Source of the DNA: Chthoniobacterales bacterium | GTDB lineage: Bacteria; Verrucomicrobiota; Verrucomicrobiia; Chthoniobacterales; DASVRZ01 | Direction: 5' to 3' | DNA: 64,000 nucleotides | Assembly (NCBI GenBank): GCA_038228695.1 | Contig: JBBRPA010000003.1 | Location: 25,775-89,774 of the forward strand | In this document: positions 41,892-51,849 of the stretch, piece after piece | Layout of the letters: each line of letters opens with the position of its first letter | Position numbering within the stretch: the stretch's first letter is position 1 | The notes under the pieces: generated by a model | Seen by the model: only the letters and a program-made list of their open reading frames with translations | What the model was told of the DNA's origin: nothing | Database searches by the model: none | Translations under genes and position numbers: made by a program

Positions 41892-44800
41892 CTATGGGGA
41901 GAGTTGAACCTGCAAGCGATAGAAGCGTCTGCTGGCCGAACTGGCGGTCGGGTCGTTGACCGAGAGGCTGCCACCGGTGCCAATGACCGCTGAACCAAGG
42001 TTTTGCCAGGTGCCGCTGGTGAGGTCATCGCGGGATTGCACTTGATAGGTGCGTCCGAGCAGGGTGGGGAAGGTGACATTGCCGCCGCCCAAGGTGACTG
42101 GCGGGTAGCCGTCGATCAATTTAGGATTCGTTTGGAGGATGTATTCCTGGATGTTGGTCTTGCCGTCGCCATCGGGATTGCCGTCGGCTCCATTGATGCC
42201 GAGGGCGCTATTAGGGTCCAAATTATTGGCGGTTTCCCACCAATCCGGGAGTCCGTCATTGTCGCTATCGTAGCTGATGGTGGAGCCAGTCTCGAAACCG
42301 AGAGCGAAGTTAAGGGTGTTGGCACCGAAGAGTTCGACTTGCTGGGTCTGGGCTTGGTTGCGCATGTTCAAGGTGTCGAAGGTGGCTCCATTGCCGTCGT
42401 CGATGGCGGCGGCGTTGTAGCTGGTGCCGGAGTAACCACTGCCGCCGATGCGCAGGAAGGCGCGGACTTTGCTGGCGGGGTTATTATTGAAGAGATTCAA
42501 CTCCTGAGAAGTGACGTTGAGGTCGGAGAGGTAGGTTTGCCCGTTGAGGAGTAAATCTTCGAGGTTGGGGGAGAGACCCGTGCGGATGTAAAGATTGGAG
42601 AATCCGGGATCCACGGTGTAGCTCACTTGCAAGGTGCTTTGCCGGACGCCCAAGGTGACCGTCTTGGCGACTTTACTGTCGCTACTGGTGAGTTTCCAGC
42701 CGGTGCCAGCGGTTGGCGTAGAGGGGATATAAAGGTTGTTAACATAGTTCGTGCCGGCTGGGGCAGCGAACCAGTCTTTGAGCCCCGAGGTGCGGTAGGA
42801 GGCGACTTGACCCGTGAGAACGTTTGCAGTGCCTTCGTCTTCCGTTTCGGCGCCCGAATAGCTCATGGGGTTGCCAATCGTTTGGAAGATTTCCCCAGTG
42901 TTAATATCGCGAACCCACGTTCCGACGAGGCGTCCGCCGATGCGCTCGAAAAGGGCAAAGATACGGTCGTTGTAGAGGACGTATTCAGGTTCCCCGTCGA
43001 GATCAACGTCGGCCGTTTCGGCGGTAACAGAGTTCAGGTAAGTGCCAGCGTTGGCCGCTGTTCTCCATGCATCAACCCGTTGATAGATCGCAGCGAAGCG
43101 GACTTGTGATTGGGCGTTTTTCGAAAAGCCAGCAAGTGATTGGAATGCGGCGTCAGGGTAAATGTAAGCCCCGGTGCTAAATTTTGAGAGATCGTTGGCA
43201 GTCTGATCGTGGAACGCGGTGACAAATAACGCGGAGTGAGTGGTGATGCGGGCAAGATTTTGCAATCCGCTCAACGGCGAAATGGTTTGCACGGCGTTCC
43301 AAGTGCTATCGAGCAGCGTGTTGTTAGAACCGATCTGGCCAAACGCTTGAGGCAACGGTGCACCGGAGCGGATGTTGAAAATTTTCGTCGAGAGCGATTC
43401 TTCGAGTCCGCTTTGGCCGAAATACCAGTGATCGTAGGATTCCTGCGTGGCATGATCGACGTAATCTGGGCTGACGTTGACGAGACTGTTGTTGGTGGCT
43501 CGGGTGACGGTTCCCCAAGTGTCGTTATTTCCGTCTGGCGGGGTGGAAATATCCAAGTTACCAGCCGCGATGTCGTCGAGAGAGACGATCTGCGTCCAAG
43601 GGCGGGAAGCGAGCCAGCGGACATTTTTGTCATAAGCGTCGGCATTAGCCTTGGTGGTGAAGTCTTCGAGGTAGCTTGCGAGGATGACGACTTGATCTTG
43701 TTGTCCCGCGCGGGCTTTGCGGTTGAGTAATTCACGAAGCGAACTGGAGAGGCCGTTGTCGGTGTTTTGGAAACGGAATTTGCCCGCGTCGTCGTTGATA
43801 ACGAACGTTTTGATGCCATTGATTTCGTTGATGCGATAGCCGTCGTCGCCGAGGGCGGAGTTGCGGCCATACCATTTGAAGATATGGCGCATTTGATCGA
43901 CGAGGGTATGAGTGAAGCCGAGGCTGGCAATCTTCCCGAAGGTGCCGCCGTCGAGGACGCGTTCCGGCGCATAAAAGACCCGGGTGGAAGGAGCGGCTCC
44001 GTAGATGTGTTCGAGGAAATCGCGGCTGAGCGCGACGTTATCCGCATTAAAGCTGGTGGTGAAATAGGGCAGAGGATTATCGGAGAAAGTAGTGCCGAGC
44101 AGGTCGATCTTCCCAGAAGCTTCGAGGTTGCGGATGCGGGTGTTGAAAGCAGGTCCGTCGAGATACGGTTTATTAACGGCAGGATCAACTTTGGCCCACT
44201 GAATGGCCGAAGCCGTGGTGGGGGTGATGTGCAGATTGAGCGGCACGGAGTAGGCTTCGTGAACATCGAGTGGGCGGTAGTAGCCAGCACCGGCGCCGGT
44301 GTTGATTTTAGCCTGGATCTGACTGCCCGGGATGATGGCTTGGTTGGCATGGGCGAGCAACGCGACTTTGGCACGTTTGCCACGGTCGTTCGTGCCTTTG
44401 CCGGCAGGCTGGTTGGAACGGGTGCTGAACCACGATTTGAGCACACTCTTGTCGCCTGCGATGCTGGTTTGATCTTTGTAATAGTCGGAGGCGATAAAGT
44501 CGTCGTAGATCGCATCGCGAATGTCGGAGCGTCCCCCGATATCCCCAAGTCCTGGGGTTGGCGAATTGTTCGTGCCGTCTTTGGTCGTATAAACTTGGAA
44601 ATTAAGCACGGAAGGATCGCCGTTCCAGCCTGCGTCCTTGAGCGCCTGGCGGCTGATCGAAAACTCTACGGAGTCGAGGTCGGAGTTATAATAAGCTTTT
44701 TTGAAGCCGTTCGTGGCGGTCTGGTCGCGGGAAATGACGCCGAAAGTGGAGAGATTTTGCCCGATTGCAGTGGAGTTACTGGCGAGGTTGGTGTCGATGT

Positions 44801-47800
44801 AGACGCGTCCGTTATTTGTGGAATAACACGCCACGACGGCCTCCCAACGCATTTCGGTGCCGGTGTCGATGTCATCGGGGAGATTGTATTCCCCAACAGC
44901 CGGGTTGCCGGAATCGATGGCGACGTAGATGTCGAGATTACCCGCCTCGGCGTTTGGCAGAAGATTCTCGAGATCGACGCGGAAGTAGAAATTTCCGTCG
45001 CCTGCGATAGGGGTGGCGTTCGGATCACCGCCATCGTGGGCATAAAACGCGGTGAGATCGCGTGAGGAATCGTAGCCGTCGTTGGCGTGGTAAACGTCAC
45101 CACCTTGGTTGTTGGTTCCGCCCCCATCGTATTCATCGAGGACAACGAGATCATTTGCGCTCCAGTCGGTAAATTCCTTGATGTTAGTAACGCCGCCGAC
45201 TACCACTGGATTTTGCGGGCCGATAACAATCGATCCGGGAGGTGGCGGCGTGATGGTGTTAGGCGTCTGCGGATCGGTGCCGTTGGTGAGTTCGGTAAGG
45301 TTATTGAAGCCATCGCCATCTGGATCGCCGCTGGCTCCATTGGCTAAACTGCCCGCGTCGCCGGTGCGCATGTTGAGCGTGCCGTTATCGAGCGGATCGA
45401 GGCCGTTGTTGACTTCCCATCCATCGGGGAGGCCGTCGCCGTCGGTGTCGGCTTTCAGCGGATCGGTTTCGGTCCAGTGTTCACCGGTGTCGTAAACGCG
45501 GTTCTTATTGGTGTCGCCGTCGATGAAGCCGTTGCTATTCTTATCCTCGCCATATCCGTCGAGCAGACCGTCGCCGTCAGTATCAGGAATGTTGGGATCG
45601 GTTTCGATCCAAGTTTCACCCGGGTCCATTTTCCCATTGGGCCATTTTCTCGCGAGATACGGCAAAAAGTTGGTTGGAAGAATTTCTCCATCGCCATCGA
45701 CCCAGCCGTTTTTATTAGCGTCTTCCACGCCGTCCATAATGCCATCGTGATCGGTATCAGGATCGTTTGGGTTGGTCGTGCTGCCGCCTTTAAGAGCAGC
45801 GCGATCGCCGCCTTCGCTAGAGCTATTCACCCCGGGAACGCGTCCAAAGTTGGAGAAGGGGATCTGGGCATAGTCTGTCCCCAACGTGTTGTAGAAGGGT
45901 GGATCGATATCGCCAATAAAGTTCGGGAAACCGTCACCGTTGGTGTCGGCGGTTGGGTTGGTTGGTGGATTCGAGGCCGTGCGCCAGCCAACTTCTAGGG
46001 CATCGGGCAGGCCGTCACCATCGGAGTCAGGGCTGAGCGGATTGGTGTGGCCGTAAGCGTAATAGACGTGAACGTCGCCGTTGACCCATGTCTCAGGATT
46101 GGTTGTTGGCAATGCCGTGGTGGTCGTTTCGTTAATATCGCCCAACCCATCATCATCGTCATCGGCATCATTCGGATCACTGGTGACGATTTGCCGGAAA
46201 ATGACAGTGGCGTTGCGCGTGGCAGTGACGGCTGGTCCACTTGCAGGTACTGCCGTAGCGGTGAAAGTAAAGAAACCCGGGGTCATGCCTGTCCAGAGAA
46301 ACGTCCAGTTTTTCTTGGCGCCGACAATGGTCGGATTGGGGTCGATGCGGTAAGCGGAAAGGTTGCTGGCTGTGGTGCCACTGTAAGCGGAATTGAGGGT
46401 GAGGCTGGAGGCGGAATTGATCGCGGCAACTGTGTAAATCGTGGTGCCGATTTTAATGGTGTTACCGGTGGAAAGAGTTTGGTCAAATTGGGGTTGCAGG
46501 AAGCTGGCGACAGTCGTCGCAGGTGCCGCCGCGTTGGTGGTGGCGGTGAGCGAGGTGGCTGAAGTGAGGGTGAGAACGGTGAACGTCTGGGAACCTACAC
46601 GCACAAGATCGCCCACGGTGAGTTCCGCGGTGAAGGCGGTCCCTGTTCCCGAGATCGTGGCACTTGCGGCCACGGTGGAGACGGTGCCGGCGAGTTGTTT
46701 TTCAAGGCCAATAACGGCTGCGCTACCATTGGTTACAGAGACTAGGTTCTTTAACAAAGTTTCGGTAGCCGCAGTTTGCGTGGCGGTGCCTGCGTTGTTA
46801 GCAAAAGCGATGCTAACGGTAGAAACATCGGTGCTTGTTTCGACGGAGATCGTTGTCTGTCGCTGTTCGGCGGTCGGCGCGGCGACATCCGGCAAAATGA
46901 TCTCGAAACGTTTCCCATCGGAATCAAACTCCGGTGGGTTTTTAATGGAGATAAACGAGCCTTGTGCCGTCGGCGTGGCCTTGACTTGGCGGGCCGTGGT
47001 CAAGGTTGAGTTAGTCGGACGCGTTAAGCTAACCTGAATCGTGTGAAGGAAATCCGTGACGCCGTTATAGAGATTCGGAAGAGTAAATGCTAGATCATGA
47101 AAGCCGGGTGATGCGTTGTAAATGATCTGATAGGAGGCTGTGCTTTGGGTAACAGGATTGGCAAGAGAACCGGATTCGCTGCTCGCGATTTTGATGACGA
47201 ATCGGCTTTTCAAAGTGGCTTCGTCTGTGCCGTTGGCGAGATTATCGCTGAAGCGTACTTTCATCACATAACCTTCGCCTACGGTCTGTCCGTCGGTGGA
47301 GGGAAAGGCGATAAACATGCGCTGCGGATCGCCTGCCGCGTTGAAGGTGCGGGTGAGGGTTGTGAAATGGCCATTGGCGTCGCTGATGTCGCCGTTTCCG
47401 ACTTCAAAAAGCTTTGCGGACGAGGAGATTTCGCGGAGTCGCACTTTGATCGCGCCGGCGTTGGAGCCGCTTGGTAGGACGGGAGCGATATTACGATAAT
47501 CGAAGCGCCATTCGCGTGGATAAATGCTGGTGACGGATGCACTCGCCGTGCCCTCGCTTACTTTGATCCATGCGGGCACATTGTTATCCCAGGCTCCGTT
47601 GCCATTGAGGTCGGTGAAAGCTTCGCCGGTATTCCACGTGCCGTCGTTATTAGCATCGACAAAAGGTTCGAACCCGATGCCGTTGCCATTGGCGACTTTG
47701 GTTTGCACATCGTCGTTTGTTGTATCTGTGTCGTCGATGTGGACCCATGCGTCTTTGACACTTTGATCGCCACGAACGACTACTCCATAGGTCTGACCGG

Positions 47801-50711
47801 AGAGGGTGGAACCGTCGGAGCCGGGGAATTTGATCTCACCTTGCGGGGTCTGCGCGTCGTAGTAGAAAGTCTGCGTAAAGGTGTTGTAGATGGAGGCTTG
47901 ACCGGGCCGGTTGAGGAAGGCGCGAGCTCGCAGGAAGTGAAAGCCTTCGCTCAAGCCAGTCTGCTTTACTTGGGTGGGGCCGCCGTAATCGTTGTGCGGA
48001 AAAAATTGGACAGTCGTGGCGTTGAAAGTGGGGATTTTGAACACGGTCATCATGTTCTTCTTGCGGGCGACCTCTGTAGCTCCCGATGGTAAAATGCTGG
48101 AAATCGGGAATCCGCCGGCTGTGTCTTTGTAGATGCCGATTTTGTAACGACTAGTTCCGGCTATAAAATCTGCTGGCATGGCTGCGCTAGCCCACCAATC
48201 GTAACTTCCCGCACTGCTTTGTGCGGATTGGTAAGTCATTTCGAAGAATTTTGTTAGTCCCACTCCCTCACCGCCGGCCCCCTCAGGGTAGTAGGACGCA
48301 TCGGTTGTGTAGTAAACAAACATTCTGTAACCAGCTCCTACGGGGTTAACCTTGGCCCACAAACGGCGGGTGGTTGCATCGTATTGATTGTAAATTTGCC
48401 CGTCGACCGGGGCAACAGGATCGTGGTAGATATAGCTCGCTGTATTTGCGTCCGTGAAATGCGTGCCATTGCCTTGATTTACCACTCCACTAGTTGTGTA
48501 TGTTTCGGCACCGCCAGAACCGGTGACATCTCTCGAACCTGTTAATTTCGCAGCGAATAATTCTGGGTGGATGCGGGTGATGAATTGGGGCTGCTCGAAG
48601 CCGAGAAAAGTATCGGTCGCGAGACCGGGGGCATTATCGCGCTTATCGCCCGTGGTCGGACCGAGAGGGATCTGGGAATTAATGTCGATGCCGCCGTCCA
48701 ATTCCATGAGGATATTTTCCGCCGATCCATCCGTCCGCGCGATGAAGGAAAGCGCTGTCCCATTGGTCACTCGTGGTACGGTGATGCTATATTTGTAATC
48801 CGTCGTGTTCGTGTCGGGTAGGTTATACGGATTGAAGGCCTTATCTCCGTCGCGTCCGTCTTTGCGCTCGAAGGTTAGCGAACTGACGGGTTGTCCGTTA
48901 TTTTGCAGAATGGTGAGGGGTTTTCCTCCGCCATTGGCCCAGAGATTGGAGGGATCCGGATTTTTCCAGGAGAAGGCAAAGTAACCGCCGGGTGGAACCA
49001 CTACGGTGCTTAGTTCGGAGGCGTATTTATAAAAACCACCGCCGTAACTAGAGTAGTTATAGAGATAGGCGTTGTTAGAAGTAAAAGCAGTCGCCGGAAA
49101 ACTCGTACTAACGGACCGCGCCAATCCGTTGGCATAGTTATCATTCAAAAGAAAGAGGAGCGTCACCCCATCTGCATCCGACATGGATGGATTTTCCCGT
49201 TTGTCGATGCGCTCGTAGGCCACATAATCGGGATCCTTCTGATTGTTGTTCGGCTGCAACCCCTTTTGGTAGCCCCGTGCAAATTGGTTATGGATGTAGA
49301 GCAAGTTCGGAATGCGCGGGTCGTTGTATTGACCGAGAAAATTCGTATTCGCATGGCGCGGAAAAGCTCCGCCACTTTCGCCGAGAGTTTCAGCCTGATT
49401 GTTGCCGTCGGTGTAGAGCAGGCCAAGACCAGCACGAGTAAAGTAAAAGGCATTATGCAGCTCAGGTCGGGACGCGTAGTCGTTATCGTGGCTCTGTGCG
49501 TGCATAACGCCCGTTTCCGGCGAAAAACCACCTGCTCCGGGTTGATCGTAGCCTTGCAGACCGTTGGAGGGATTGCCGAGTTTGTCGTTTAAGTTTTGGC
49601 GCAGGGGATTATCCACCAAGCGCATCCCCGAGTTCAGATAATCGCCGTAGCCGGGAGGTTCACCGAGGTGTTCGCCAAAGAGCATCGCGTTGTGGCGTGG
49701 TTTTTCAGTATCAAAAAGTGACTCGCGCAAGTTGACCCCTGGCTGGCCGGTGGAGAAATTGAACTTCGTATCGTTGAACCCACGCGTGATGTTAAATTGC
49801 AACTGCGCCTGACCGACATAGCCATAGGTATTGTAGTCTTTATCGGCTCCAAAAGTAGCCCCAAAAAAATCTGCTCTTACATGTTTTACCGCATCCAGAC
49901 GTAAGCCATCCACTTTAGTGCGATCCAATAACCACCTCGCCGACCGGTTCAAAAAATCCTCGACGCGCTCCGAGTAAAAATTCGTATTGACCGGGTCGGT
50001 CAGAATAGCCGTGGTAATTCCGTTGCTAGGCCCGAAGCCCACGTAAATGCCATTTGGTAAATAGCAGTAGTATTCAGGGTTATTCGGCTGACGGACGAAT
50101 TTGATCTTCGGAAACGTGCTGCCCTCACTGGTGCCAAAGTTCTCATTGGTCGCACCCGGTTCCTGGGCAATATCAATCAAATCAGCCAGACCGAGATGTT
50201 GCACCTGCCAGGCATCGCCGTAGTTTCTCGTATTATCCCATTTCCGGTAGAATCCCTCACTAGTAACCCGTAGGTGGAAATCCTCGGGAACCATGCCCGG
50301 ATAGGTATCGATCGGCGTGTCGGCGTTAAAGCCGGGAATGTCGAACGCGTTGTGGTTCATGATGTTATCGAAATACACCCGGATGCCGAATCGGTGGGCT
50401 ATTTCGACCATTTTTAGCAAATCCGCCTCGGTGCCGTAACGGGTGCTGACGGTGTTGCGCTGATCCTTGCTTCCCAAATCAAAGCGATCCCATAAATCAT
50501 AGCCAACGGAGAGTCCTCCGCTCCCTTTTGTGGGCGGCGGAACCCAGAGAGAGTTGTAGCCCGCCTCGGCCAGCTCTGGCATTTTGTCGGACAACTCATT
50601 CCAGCTCGTGTTGAAATACTGGAGCATCGCTTCCGCGCCAGCATGGGGCTGGGGGAAGACGAGAAAAAAGCCGAGCAAAACGGCTAGGATTCGATGGGGA
50701 AATCGGAACAT
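41892..50711 (-). CDS. giant (2939 aa) secreted multidomain alpha-glucan-active protein: GH13 catalytic domain + beta-rich domains + thrombospondin-type-3-like Ca-binding repeats + GH57-like domain + C-terminal module
   Basis: Signal peptide ILAVLLGFFLVFPQPHAGAEA. GH13 regions I VYFDNIMNHNAF, II VDGLRLDAVKHV, III MLFGEHLG and IV HAQSHDND. DxDxDG repeats at aa ~1511-1815 (DSDGDGLPDALE, DTDHDGIMDG, DTDGDGLLDG, DTDGDGLPDGWE, DPDGDGFNN). The GH57-like region at aa ~2113-2800 (ALLAHANQ, LNLHITPT, FYAPERVLD, DGEPEYVLYNDRIFALFERIGGRL) is a tentative call. Confidence 0.9.
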   Translation of the reverse strand: MFRFPHRILAVLLGFFLVFPQPHAGAEAMLQYFNTSWNELSDKMPELAEAGYNSLWVPPPTKGSGGLSVGYDLWDRFDLGSKDQRNTVSTRYGTEADLLKMVEIAHRFGIRVYFDNIMNHNAFDIPGFNADTPIDTYPGMVPEDFHLRVTSEGFYRKWDNTRNYGDAWQVQHLGLADLIDIAQEPGATNENFGTSEGSTFPKIKFVRQPNNPEYYCYLPNGIYVGFGPSNGITTAILTDPVNTNFYSERVEDFLNRSARWLLDRTKVDGLRLDAVKHVRADFFGATFGADKDYNTYGYVGQAQLQFNITRGFNDTKFNFSTGQPGVNLRESLFDTEKPRHNAMLFGEHLGEPPGYGDYLNSGMRLVDNPLRQNLNDKLGNPSNGLQGYDQPGAGGFSPETGVMHAQSHDNDYASRPELHNAFYFTRAGLGLLYTDGNNQAETLGESGGAFPRHANTNFLGQYNDPRIPNLLYIHNQFARGYQKGLQPNNNQKDPDYVAYERIDKRENPSMSDADGVTLLFLLNDNYANGLARSVSTSFPATAFTSNNAYLYNYSSYGGGFYKYASELSTVVVPPGGYFAFSWKNPDPSNLWANGGGKPLTILQNNGQPVSSLTFERKDGRDGDKAFNPYNLPDTNTTDYKYSITVPRVTNGTALSFIARTDGSAENILMELDGGIDINSQIPLGPTTGDKRDNAPGLATDTFLGFEQPQFITRIHPELFAAKLTGSRDVTGSGGAETYTTSGVVNQGNGTHFTDANTASYIYHDPVAPVDGQIYNQYDATTRRLWAKVNPVGAGYRMFVYYTTDASYYPEGAGGEGVGLTKFFEMTYQSAQSSAGSYDWWASAAMPADFIAGTSRYKIGIYKDTAGGFPISSILPSGATEVARKKNMMTVFKIPTFNATTVQFFPHNDYGGPTQVKQTGLSEGFHFLRARAFLNRPGQASIYNTFTQTFYYDAQTPQGEIKFPGSDGSTLSGQTYGVVVRGDQSVKDAWVHIDDTDTTNDDVQTKVANGNGIGFEPFVDANNDGTWNTGEAFTDLNGNGAWDNNVPAWIKVSEGTASASVTSIYPREWRFDYRNIAPVLPSGSNAGAIKVRLREISSSAKLFEVGNGDISDANGHFTTLTRTFNAAGDPQRMFIAFPSTDGQTVGEGYVMKVRFSDNLANGTDEATLKSRFVIKIASSESGSLANPVTQSTASYQIIYNASPGFHDLAFTLPNLYNGVTDFLHTIQVSLTRPTNSTLTTARQVKATPTAQGSFISIKNPPEFDSDGKRFEIILPDVAAPTAEQRQTTISVETSTDVSTVSIAFANNAGTATQTAATETLLKNLVSVTNGSAAVIGLEKQLAGTVSTVAASATISGTGTAFTAELTVGDLVRVGSQTFTVLTLTSATSLTATTNAAAPATTVASFLQPQFDQTLSTGNTIKIGTTIYTVAAINSASSLTLNSAYSGTTASNLSAYRIDPNPTIVGAKKNWTFLWTGMTPGFFTFTATAVPASGPAVTATRNATVIFRQIVTSDPNDADDDDDGLGDINETTTTALPTTNPETWVNGDVHVYYAYGHTNPLSPDSDGDGLPDALEVGWRTASNPPTNPTADTNGDGFPNFIGDIDPPFYNTLGTDYAQIPFSNFGRVPGVNSSSEGGDRAALKGGSTTNPNDPDTDHDGIMDGVEDANKNGWVDGDGEILPTNFLPYLARKWPNGKMDPGETWIETDPNIPDTDGDGLLDGYGEDKNSNGFIDGDTNKNRVYDTGEHWTETDPLKADTDGDGLPDGWEVNNGLDPLDNGTLNMRTGDAGSLANGASGDPDGDGFNNLTELTNGTDPQTPNTITPPPPGSIVIGPQNPVVVGGVTNIKEFTDWSANDLVVLDEYDGGGTNNQGGDVYHANDGYDSSRDLTAFYAHDGGDPNATPIAGDGNFYFRVDLENLLPNAEAGNLDIYVAIDSGNPAVGEYNLPDDIDTGTEMRWEAVVACYSTNNGRVYIDTNLASNSTAIGQNLSTFGVISRDQTATNGFKKAYYNSDLDSVEFSISRQALKDAGWNGDPSVLNFQVYTTKDGTNNSPTPGLGDIGGRSDIRDAIYDDFIASDYYKDQTSIAGDKSVLKSWFSTRSNQPAGKGTNDRGKRAKVALLAHANQAIIPGSQIQAKINTGAGAGYYRPLDVHEAYSVPLNLHITPTTASAIQWAKVDPAVNKPYLDGPAFNTRIRNLEASGKIDLLGTTFSDNPLPYFTTSFNADNVALSRDFLEHIYGAAPSTRVFYAPERVLDGGTFGKIASLGFTHTLVDQMRHIFKWYGRNSALGDDGYRINEINGIKTFVINDDAGKFRFQNTDNGLSSSLRELLNRKARAGQQDQVVILASYLEDFTTKANADAYDKNVRWLASRPWTQIVSLDDIAAGNLDISTPPDGNNDTWGTVTRATNNSLVNVSPDYVDHATQESYDHWYFGQSGLEESLSTKIFNIRSGAPLPQAFGQIGSNNTLLDSTWNAVQTISPLSGLQNLARITTHSALFVTAFHDQTANDLSKFSTGAYIYPDAAFQSLAGFSKNAQSQVRFAAIYQRVDAWRTAANAGTYLNSVTAETADVDLDGEPEYVLYNDRIFALFERIGGRLVGTWVRDINTGEIFQTIGNPMSYSGAETEDEGTANVLTGQVASYRTSGLKDWFAAPAGTNYVNNLYIPSTPTAGTGWKLTSSDSKVAKTVTLGVRQSTLQVSYTVDPGFSNLYIRTGLSPNLEDLLLNGQTYLSDLNVTSQELNLFNNNPASKVRAFLRIGGSGYSGTSYNAAAIDDGNGATFDTLNMRNQAQTQQVELFGANTLNFALGFETGSTISYDSDNDGLPDWWETANNLDPNSALGINGADGNPDGDGKTNIQEYILQTNPKLIDGYPPVTLGGGNVTFPTLLGRTYQVQSRDDLTSGTWQNLGSAVIGTGGSLSVNDPTASSASRRFYRLQVQLSP

Positions 50712-50844
50712 GTGGAGGAGGGGAGTGTTTTGGAATAAAACGAATTAAATAAAAACGCCGGCCAAACCTTCTACGAAGGTATCACGAGTTTAGATTTGCC
50801 AAAGATTATTCACTGCCATACAGTTCAAAGTGCAAAGACCCCGA

Positions 50845-51849
50845 ATGCAGGATATCGCCACCCAAGCCGGGGTGGGTAAAGCGACTGTCTCTCTCGCCCT
50901 CCGCGACGATCCCCGGATTCGGCCGGAGACTCGTCGAAAAATCAAGGAGGTCGCGGAAAGATTGGGCTACCGCAGCAACCCAACGGTCGCGGCGCTGATG
51001 GCTCAACTGCGCGCCAGCCGCGAACCGAAGTTTCAAGCGACCCTCGCCTTCCTCAATGCGTGTCCGAACGATGGTGAGTTGAAGAATCTGGCGACGTTCC
51101 AAAACTGGCTGCGCGGTGCCAAAGAGCGGGCCAACGTCCTTGGCTACGAAGTGGATTATTTCTGGCTCCATGAGCCGGAGATCAATTCGGCCCGCCGCCT
51201 CCGGATTCTGCAAAGCCGCAACATCAAGGGCATGATCTTCGCCGCAGTCTTCGACGATGCCTCGATCAATCCTGACGATCAAATCCTCTTCCCGAACTTC
51301 GCCAGCGTCGCAATTGGCCGGAAACTCGTCGATCCTTCCCCTCACTACGCCTGCAACGACCAATACGACACCGCTTTGATGGCCGTCACGAACGTCTTTA
51401 AGAACGGCTATTCACGCGTCAGCATGGTCATCTCCGAGCAAATGGATCGGGCTGTGGAATATCGCTTTTCCGCCGGTTACAACACCGGTCAGAAGATTCC
51501 CGGTGCGAAATCTGTTCTTCCCTTACTTTATTTCACCGACGAGGTGGCGTTTGCCGATTGGTTTAAGAAAAATTCGCCAGATGCCATCATCACCGACAAG
51601 ACTACCTTGCGAGATTGGGTGAAAAAACTTCCCGGCGGCGACAAAGTCGGTTTCGTTCATCTCGATTGGGAACCGAAACTTGGTGATTGGGCTGGAACCA
51701 ATCAAAATAACGATAAGGTTGGGGCGGCCGCGGTGGACATTCTCATTGGCCAGATTCACCGCAACGAATTTGGTCTCCCGCCTTTCCCACGCTCGATGAT
51801 GATTGGCAGCACCTGGGTCGATGGTAGCAGTCTACCTTCCAAAGTTTAA
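50845..51849 (+). CDS. LacI-family transcriptional regulator
   Basis: HTH MQDIATQAGVGKATVSLALRDDPRI followed by a periplasmic-binding-protein-like sugar-binding domain. Divergent from the alpha-glucan genes. Start refined to ATG 50845. Confidence 0.9.
   Translation: MQDIATQAGVGKATVSLALRDDPRIRPETRRKIKEVAERLGYRSNPTVAALMAQLRASREPKFQATLAFLNACPNDGELKNLATFQNWLRGAKERANVLGYEVDYFWLHEPEINSARRLRILQSRNIKGMIFAAVFDDASINPDDQILFPNFASVAIGRKLVDPSPHYACNDQYDTALMAVTNVFKNGYSRVSMVISEQMDRAVEYRFSAGYNTGQKIPGAKSVLPLLYFTDEVAFADWFKKNSPDAIITDKTTLRDWVKKLPGGDKVGFVHLDWEPKLGDWAGTNQNNDKVGAAAVDILIGQIHRNEFGLPPFPRSMMIGSTWVDGSSLPSKV

Noticed and set aside
50712-50844. A LacI-type palindromic operator in the divergent region between the regulator and the giant GH13 gene.
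   Set aside because: Only a 4-bp-arm palindrome (TTTG-C-CAAA at ~50795) was found, with no convincing 14-20-bp operator. I cannot support a site call.
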